A stretch of 34,145 nt of DNA from the NCBI GenBank assembly GCA_000697335.1, contig JNEM01006649.1, forward strand, positions 1 through 34,145, read 5' to 3'. A program made the position numbers and the translations under genes. The DNA comes from Conidiobolus incongruus B7586 (Eukaryota). Positions 24,926 through 34,145 of this stretch are shown here, one piece after another. How positions within the stretch are numbered: position 1 is the first letter of the stretch; each line of letters begins with the position of its first letter. The notes beneath the pieces were generated by a model. That model searched no databases. It saw nothing but the letters and a program-made list of their open reading frames with translations, and had not been told where the DNA came from.

Positions 24926-25947
24926 ATTACTAATGAATTTGATGCAAATTATCTAATGTCAACTTTTTTCAATATTATAGCAGATTCACAAGTAATATAT
25001 TATTTTAATAACTATTAAAGATCTCTTATGAATAATATATCAATTAATATATTACTAATTTATACCTTCCAAAATATATTTTACTGGTTTACAAATTTTA
25101 ATTTTCAATCTGATAAACCAAAGGCAAAATTTGTGTAAATTTCAAAATGCAATACGATTAAATTCATTATTAAAATAATATCATTAATAGTCAATCAATA
25201 AATCGGGATTAATTTTAATAAATTCAATATTTAAAAATCGATATAAATATTTTAAAGACATTTATATTCAAAATTTCAATATTCTAATATGTAGGTGAAT
25301 GAAATGACTAGAAAAATATTGCAACGTATTAACATCTTAGATTACTTTAAACTTTCCAACTGTTAAAATAACATATTCAAAAGTTAGTTATAATTAATCC
25401 CAAGTCTATTATTCTAAACCAATAATTTTTTTTCAATTAAATTAATATTAAAATTTTTAATTTTTAAATGGTAATTGGAGATATATTGAAAAATTAATAT
25501 AATTAAAATTTAATGGAATTATATAAATATATTGAATTTGATACTGTTCAAAAAAATCAAAATTGAATCATATGGTACTCGGTATTAAATTGACCAAATA
25601 TTGGTTAATTCATGGTGTAAATGCTTCTATAACGTATTTTAATGTATAAATATTGCAATTATTATTATCTAGAATATTCAATTACCAATTTTCATCACTA
25701 TCAATTTAACGCTCTTTTTATGAATATTAGAATTGTTGCATAATATTAAACTCAAACTTTGATTTCACATAACAAAAAAGCTTCAATTATTCAAATGTTC
25801 TAGTTTTATTGTTCGATCCCATAATTTGTAATATCAAACCAATTCAATAATTCAAATCAATTCGAATCAAATCAAAAAAATAATCACTTCTATATAATAT
25901 TATTTAAATCAATAAAATTAAATTAACATTTAAATAAAAAACAAAAA

Positions 25948-27327
<1,380 letters not shown>

Positions 27328-28546
27328 ACAATTATTATAGATTATTGGATTTAATTAATATCATTTAATTATTTTATAATGGGTTTTTGATAGATGTTTT
27401 ATTTATAATAAATGTATTAGTTTTTAATTAAACGGTGGGATGAAGTTGAATTTTGGAGATAGATATATGATTTTTTGTGACTAGGATAATATTGAAATCT
27501 ATATTTTCATTATTACACGCTGAATCTACAAGGATATTCTTAATTCTAATCATTTTTTAATGTTAATAATTTTTAAGATGGGATAGTTTTAAATTTCATA
27601 TATTATTTTTCTTGAATTTCAATAACTTATTGAGTTTTTTAATTTAATTTATTTTTCAATTTAAATTCATTCAAGATGAATATCATCTATTTATGAATTA
27701 ACCATTTAATCTGGAATTGTGTAAATTTGAATTAAAATAATTTTGAAAGAATTGAATTTAAATCAATTAAATTAGATAATTTTTGTCATTTTAGTCTTTA
27801 AAATTAATATATCTCAAATTTGTGCAGGTTGAAATTTTCAATTAGACTTAAATTAATACCTGGTTCATCATATAGTATTACAGGAAAAGTAAATTCTTTA
27901 TTAATTTATATAATATAAATCTTAAGTTTGAAATTTATATTGATTGATAAAAATTCAAAATGCAAATTATGATAAGTATTTTTTAAATTTTTTGAATATA
28001 ATTTAAAATTAATTAGTGATATAAATAAATTGGTTTTAAAATATTAATGCAACTATCATTAAATACTTGAAATTGAGGGAAATGTATAATGTAATTAAAA
28101 GAATCAGTATCAGTAGTTTATCCCTAAAAATATGATACTTAACAATTTTATCAACTAAAAATGTAATTTACCAATTATTAATATATTCTTTTAAAAGTGA
28201 AAAGTTTATCATTGAGTTTTATTGAGATTAAATTTTGATAATAATAATAATAATTAGTGTTAGTTGTATGATTTTTTGAATTATTAGAAAGAAAATATAA
28301 TCAACTTGGATAAATTATAATTACTAATTAATTTTTAAACTATTATATTCAAATTTCTGTTTTATTGATTCTTAATTGAGATCAATTGAATTATCAATAT
28401 GGTAAATTTAAATTTGATACGAGTTTATATTATCGCAATAAAATTATTTGGAAATCATGTATATTATTAGTTTGATGAAAAATTAAAACTATTTAGAGTA
28501 ATCAAGTTAGAAAACCATTATTAAATAAAGGTATTTTTTGATAGTT

Positions 28547-29140
28547 TTAGTAATATGGAGTATAGGAAGAGGAAAATATGGACCAACTAGAACTTGTAGA
28601 GTATGATGCAGAATTGCCAGCATTGGTGGTAGTACTACCACCAGTAGAGACCTGATTGTTGGTGTATGAAGTACCTGATACTCCTTGGGTAGTAAATCCA
28701 CCAATAACATTGCTTCCAGAAGCTGCTGAGTTGGAGAAGTTAGTGACTGATCCTCCAACTGTCGATGATTGGCCAGAGCTACTAGGTCCATATGAGCCAT
28801 AGGCATCATAAGGTGGGGTATTAGTAGATGAACTATATTGAGTTTGAGATCCTCCAATAGTGTTAGAGGTAGCAGCTTGGGTATTATAGTTAGTACCTAC
28901 AGATCCATAGTTGGTGATTTCTTGGCCGAAATTGCTAGCAGTTCCAGTGTGGACTTCGGAGTCAGTAGTGGAAGTAGATCCTGAAGAGTAACCAGATTGA
29001 GCAGTTTGATCCCATTGAGCAGCACCGTGAACAGAAGTAGTGATTACAACAGGGTTATAAGTGATAGGAGCAACAGCGTAAGATTGAGGAGCAGCAGAGA
29101 TGGAAGCGATGATGATGAAGAGAATGGTGAATTGTTGAAT
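28547..29140 (-). CDS. Putative secreted Ser/Thr/Gly-rich protein, copy 1 (~197 aa), lacking a canonical ATG (ATT at 29140); may be a start-loss pseudogene
   Basis: Stop-free frame absent from the ORF track: (I)QQFTILFIIIASISA-APQSYAVAPITYNPVVITTSVHGAAQWDQ...TIGGSQTQYSSS...STGGSTTTNAGNSASYSTSSSWSIFSSSYTPYY*. It has a signal-peptide-like N-terminus, strong T/C third-position codon bias and a near-identical paralog at 33765-34145. Confidence 0.8.
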   Translation of the reverse strand: MQQFTILFIIIASISAAPQSYAVAPITYNPVVITTSVHGAAQWDQTAQSGYSSGSTSTTDSEVHTGTASNFGQEITNYGSVGTNYNTQAATSNTIGGSQTQYSSSTNTPPYDAYGSYGPSSSGQSSTVGGSVTNFSNSAASGSNVIGGFTTQGVSGTSYTNNQVSTGGSTTTNAGNSASYSTSSSWSIFSSSYTPYY

Positions 29141-30649
29141 GTTGTCGAAAACACTAAATTGGAATATTAAACAAATTAGAATTAGTTTGATATTTAAACG
29201 TGGCTTACCTTAATATCACATTTATACTGCTGTAATTCAAGAATTTCTCTTCTCCCAACACCAGATTTTTAAATTCAAATTTCTTTTTCCTTTTTTGTCT
29301 CAAACTGATTTTAATTCAATTGTAACATATTTTCAAAATCGATGATCTCTGTCTAGATCTTGTATTGGATATATTAATTCAAACTATTCTAAATTATACT
29401 CAAGGATATATCAAAATAATTCTGGACTTTAAATAATCAATGAATTTTGCTTTATAGGCAATTGCGTATCATATTTTCATTCTCTATAAATGATTTAAAT
29501 TATAATTTCAGTGATTAAATAACTTTTTTGATTAATAATATATTCTCATTTCAAGATATATAATTTTATTGATGAATTATTAATTGTCAATTCTTTATAA
29601 TTTTAATATTATTAGATGAATGATGTATTCTCAATATCTTAGAATAAATCGCTATTTAATTGATATTAATGTTAATATTATCCATTCATTATTTAATAAT
29701 AGTTAGTTATACATTAAAGTATTATATTGAGATTATATGAAATTAAAAGTTATTCAATTAAAAATTGAGCTCCAAAGAAATACCAAATTATAGTTTTCTG
29801 AATAATTATATATTTAAAAAAAGAATTCAATTTTAATTATAATTTGTATATTAAATAACTAAAATTTATATAATCGACATTACTGTATTTATCTATCAAC
29901 TGATAGATAAAGCTTAAATTGTCAATATTAATAAATATAGGATGATGTATCAATATTTATTATCACAACTTTTTTTATTCTAACCAATTAATTATATTTT
30001 GCATAAAAGTAATACACAATTGTGAGATCAGGATTATTTTTAAAATAGAGCATTTATTAGTCAGTATCATTATTACTACCAACTACTAGTAAACTATTAT
30101 TTATTATCCATAATACAAGAGTTTCATTTATAATAAAAATCCAGCTTAATTCAAATATACTGTTGAAATGGTATAATTTTTGCAATATATTTCTTTAATA
30201 ATTAAATTTAATTGACATTTAAAATCAAAAAAAAATCGTCCATATTAAGAATTTACAAAATTTTCTATATTTTATATTCTATAATGAAATAATTATAACT
30301 ACTTTTAAGCTAAATTACTTTATCAATAATAAATTCTTTCTCATTAAAAATATTTATTTAATTTCAAATTAAAATATATAATTTATAATGATTATTACCT
30401 AATTAATATAAAAAAAATTTTTTATATCAAATTATTAAATACTTATGTTATTGTTATTTAAATTAAAAATTAATCAAATTAATAATAAAATATTATAATA
30501 TCCAATTGTTAAAATTATCAAATTATATTTTAATTGAATATTTTTAAGTATTATAATTTTCAGGTATTTATTATAGTAATTTAAATAAAATATTTATTTG
30601 GATATTTTTCCAAATTCAAACAAGTAAAAGAATGGAGAGTTAAATAATA

Positions 30650-31426
30650 TTAGTAATAAGAGGGCGCTTGAGGAGTAGGATAATCATCCAAAGGAGGAGC
30701 ATAAGGACTGGGATAATAGTCCAAAGAAGGAACTATGGGAGGAGCATAGTAGTCCAATGTTGGAGCTACGGGAGGAGCGTGATAGTCAAGGGCAGGGACG
30801 ACTGGAGGGGCATGGTAATCTAACGCAGGTGCAACAGGAGTAGCATGGTAATCCAAGGCAGGTGCGATAGGAGGAGAATGGTAATCAAGAGAGAGAGAAG
30901 GTAAAGAAGGATAAGTTTTTAGTTGGTAGCTTGGAGGATTGCGGCGATATAATTGCCTAATATATGAAGGAAGTTCATAATTGAAGTTCCCTTCGTATTT
31001 AGGTAATTCAGGTAATTGAGGAGCTTGATATGGAGTGAATGTATACTCGGGCAATGGGCTGTAAGGAGAGAAAACATATACTGGAAGGATATTGGCATCA
31101 TATGATGGGAGAGGGTTGAAATCACGACGATATAACGTTGATTGAGGAAGAGATGGATAAGGCTCAGTTGGATATGTTTCAATTGGAAGACTGATGATAG
31201 GTGGTGATTGGTAAGGTGGGTAAATAGGGTAAAAAGGATATGGCTTAATCGGTTTGATGGAGATAATTGGTCTGATGGGTTTGACTGTATCAATAGGATA
31301 TGGAATGGTATCAACGGGAGGATAAGCAGGTTGAATCGTGGGAGTATAGTCAGTTTGGACAATGGTATTAGCTTTGACAACCAAACTACACATCAAAAGT
31401 GAGATAATAGATGATAATTTAGCCAT
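30650..31426 (-). CDS. Putative secreted Pro/Tyr-rich repeat protein (258 aa) with two LYRR dibasic sites
   Basis: Signal-like N-terminus MAKLSSIISLLMCSLVVKA; GC-richer than its flanks; RR at aa 100-101 and 161-162; seven 11-aa repeats; ends APSYY*. Confidence 0.88.
   Translation of the reverse strand: MAKLSSIISLLMCSLVVKANTIVQTDYTPTIQPAYPPVDTIPYPIDTVKPIRPIISIKPIKPYPFYPIYPPYQSPPIISLPIETYPTEPYPSLPQSTLYRRDFNPLPSYDANILPVYVFSPYSPLPEYTFTPYQAPQLPELPKYEGNFNYELPSYIRQLYRRNPPSYQLKTYPSLPSLSLDYHSPPIAPALDYHATPVAPALDYHAPPVVPALDYHAPPVAPTLDYYAPPIVPSLDYYPSPYAPPLDDYPTPQAPSYY
30659..30892 (-). repeat. Seven coding 33-nt tandem repeats, consensus peptide (A/S)LDY(H/Y)APP(V/I)AP
   Basis: LD(Y/D) codons begin at 30889, 30856, 30823, 30790, 30757, 30724 and 30691, an exact 33-nt period. 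Confidence 0.9.
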
Positions 31427-33764
31427 ATCAATAAATTAAATTACAGGAATATTAATAAATAGGTTATTAGTATAATGTTTCACAATGATATTCGTCAATA
31501 CGGTTTATATATCAATTTTTCGGATAGTTTCTATCATCGTGTTTAAGGCTACTGGGTCTAAAATTTGCAAATTGAAGCACAAATATTGATTGTGAGTTGG
31601 TTAAATTTCCAGGTACATAAAATAAAGTTAAATGATGAATTTAATCAAATATTCAATCTTCATCTGAGAAAGTCAATCGTAACACCATAGATAAGGAGAA
31701 AACTGAATATTATTGATACAGAAACGCTATTCTTGGCTATATTTGAAATTAAATAAATTAAAAATGTAATTCATGAACATTGAATTCAACATTGTTAATG
31801 GATATTTAACGTGAAAAAAATCACTATAATCAATATTTTGAAAAATCTATTTGGCGTGTATTTATTTAATATTTCAATAATGGTGCTAATTGAAGTAATA
31901 TTATACAAATTGTCCCAAAATCGTTAATCCTAAATTTTTATATGAATATATTATTTAATTGATTAAATAAAATTCTTTTTCCAATAGAAAATATATTTAT
32001 AATACCAGTGATTCAACAATGTTATCAAATATTATTACAAAAATTTTTGAATCAGAATTCGGAGAAAAATTATAAACATCAGTTTTAATTTATATCACTC
32101 CCCAAATATTTTCAGTCAAAAAATTTAACACCCCTATTTATACAATTTTTACTTCAATCAAATATTTGAAAAAAATTGAATTAAACTGATAAACCAATTA
32201 ACAAGTTTATAATTCAATTCGCATTCATTATATATTGACAGAAAAATGTGAATCGATTATATAGAATATAATGAAATGGATTATATAATCTTGTCTTAAA
32301 CTTACCTCTTTGAATCTGGTCTGTGCTCCAATAATTTATTTATTTCAATATAAAAAATATCAATTAAAATATTGTTTTTGCAATATAAACTTTGTGAGCA
32401 TCATATAAACAATCAAGTAACCCCAGAACTTTTAAATTCAGGATTATCAAATCAATTTCTATAAAAAATAGAATTAGGAATTTTGAATCATTATATATAG
32501 TTATATAAGATATTTGTAAAAATTTTAAGAATTTTATATTATAAAATATATTGGGAAAAATTATTTAAAATAGTTAAATGAAATAATTATATATATATAT
32601 ATAATAATTTTTAAAATTTTAATATAAATAAAGCGGTTTGAATAAAAATTATCAAATATCAAAATTATATTGTGTATCATTTATAAAGTATAAACCAAAT
32701 ATTGCTACAATTATATTTTTAGAATTCTTAACATAAATTTAGGTGAAATGGTTATTATTACTTAAATAGATATTTGTGAGTGTGTGTTTTTCTGTATTAA
32801 ATTATTTTAATTAGAAATTGTATATGATCAAATTCAAATTCAAATACAATAATATCAAAGTATAATTATCGCTTGATCAAGATATGATTTTGGGTCTTGG
32901 ATATTTAATCTTAAACACAATATTGATAAACGCGATTTAATAATAATAAATATTATTTAGATTTTATAATATCCAAACTGGTTGTGAGTTGTTTTTGCAA
33001 ATTAATATTGGAAAAGTTATTATTTCAGATATTTTCTGTTTCATGATATTTCTTGTTCAAGTCTATTTTCTCCTTGAATAAATATTCATTTTGGAATTAG
33101 AATTCTCCATAATTTCAAAATGTTTTATGGTGAGTCAGGAATGTGTAAACTAACACATATTTGACAAATGATTTGAATCAAAATATTCAATGATAAATTT
33201 TATTAGGATATGATGAATTAAAATAGAATTATAACATTCGTTATATGATTTATATTTTATTAAACATAATCATATATCTTCAAATCAAAATTGTTTGAAA
33301 ATAAAATTCATGTATATATTTTGGTAATTATTCCACATAAAATCAAAACATGTAATTAATTACGAGTTATTGGATATATTCTGGGATATATAGCAAATAA
33401 TAATGTTCATAAGTAGTAAATTTATAATGAGATTAAAATATGATCCAAACTTGATCATAATGATAACGATCAAATTCACATAGAGCATTTTCCAAGATGT
33501 TAATTCGAAAATAATGTGGTTATTAGCAACATATATTAAAAAATAAAAATTATATTTTAGTTTAAATATATATTAATGATTATGTGTAATTTTGTGAGAC
33601 AAATGATTCAAAGAACATATATTTATAAATATATATTATATGAAATTGAGGATAAATATATATAACTAATTAGAAAAAATTATGATCATTTGAAAACAAC
33701 TAATTGAAATATTTAGTTGCAAAGTTCAAAATTATCAATTGAATAAATAATTTTGTTCCTGATG

Positions 33765-34145
33765 TTAATAATATGGAGTGTAGGTAGTAGCAGGCTTGTA
33801 CCAACTCGAACCACCAGAGTATGATGCAGAATTACCAGCATTGGTGGTGGTGGTACTACCACCAGTAGAGACCTGATTGTTGGTGTATGAAGTACCTGAT
33901 ACTCCTTGGGTAGTAAATCCACCAATAACATTGCTTCCAGAAGCTGCTGAGTTGGAGAAATTAGTGACTGATCCTCCAACTGTCGATGATTGGCCAGAGC
34001 TACTAGGTCCATATGAGCCATAGGCATCGTAAGATGGGGTATTAGTAGATGAACTATATTGAGTTTGAGATCCTCCAATAGTGTTAGAGGTAGCAGCTTG
34101 GGTATTATAGTTAGTACCTACAGATCCATAGTTGGTGATTTCTTG
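33765..34145 (-). CDS. Putative secreted Ser/Thr/Gly-rich protein, copy 2 (3' part; the 5' end lies beyond the window)
   Basis: Open frame QEITNYGSVGTNYNTQAATSNTIGGSQ...GGSTTTTNAGNSASYSGGSSWYKPATTYTPYY*. It is nearly identical to 28547-28925 except at the C-terminus. Confidence 0.82.
   Translation of the reverse strand, partial: QEITNYGSVGTNYNTQAATSNTIGGSQTQYSSSTNTPSYDAYGSYGPSSSGQSSTVGGSVTNFSNSAASGSNVIGGFTTQGVSGTSYTNNQVSTGGSTTTTNAGNSASYSGGSSWYKPATTYTPYY

Noticed and set aside
28507..28857. ORF-track proteins MEDLKLNIV... (here and at 33713-34078)
   Set aside because: These are shadow frames with TTG starts. The overlapping frame has a signal peptide, biased codon usage, mostly synonymous differences between copies and a shared stop position.
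30659..30892. CRISPR-like array
   Set aside because: These are contiguous in-frame coding repeats without spacers, in a eukaryotic context with no cas genes.
30919..31402. ORFs 30919-31380 (-) and 31208-31402 (+)
   Set aside because: Alternative frames of the low-complexity Pro/Tyr gene.

Overview
Very AT-rich eukaryotic DNA with short (46-54 nt) GT-AG introns. It looks fungal, possibly an early-diverging Entomophthorales/Conidiobolus-like genome, but that is an inference from composition and intron size only. The left two-thirds is an ABCB (MDR/P-glycoprotein-type) transporter locus. It has one intact intronless 1289-aa gene (14668-18537, -), a full-length pseudogene in tandem (~4220-8040, -) and a 5'-eroded pseudogene in inverted orientation (~20880-23460, +). 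The three copies are mosaics joined by apparent gene-conversion tracts over the nucleotide-binding domains. The apparently featureless AT-rich spacers contain four ~1.2-1.3 kb fossil mariner (DD34D-type) transposons. These are invisible to the ORF track because of heavy C>T/G>A decay, but transposase motifs, TIRs and TA target sites are still readable. The right third holds a 7-exon deoxyhypusine synthase gene with all introns in phase 0. It also holds a cluster of three small low-complexity, probably secreted proteins that all end in Tyr-Tyr-stop. Two are Ser/Thr/Gly-rich paralogs that the ORF track called in the wrong frame; one has ATT where its start codon should be and the other runs off the window. 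The third is a Pro/Tyr-rich protein with two LYRR Kex2-like sites and seven 11-aa repeats. All alignments and translations were done by eye, and no database search was possible.
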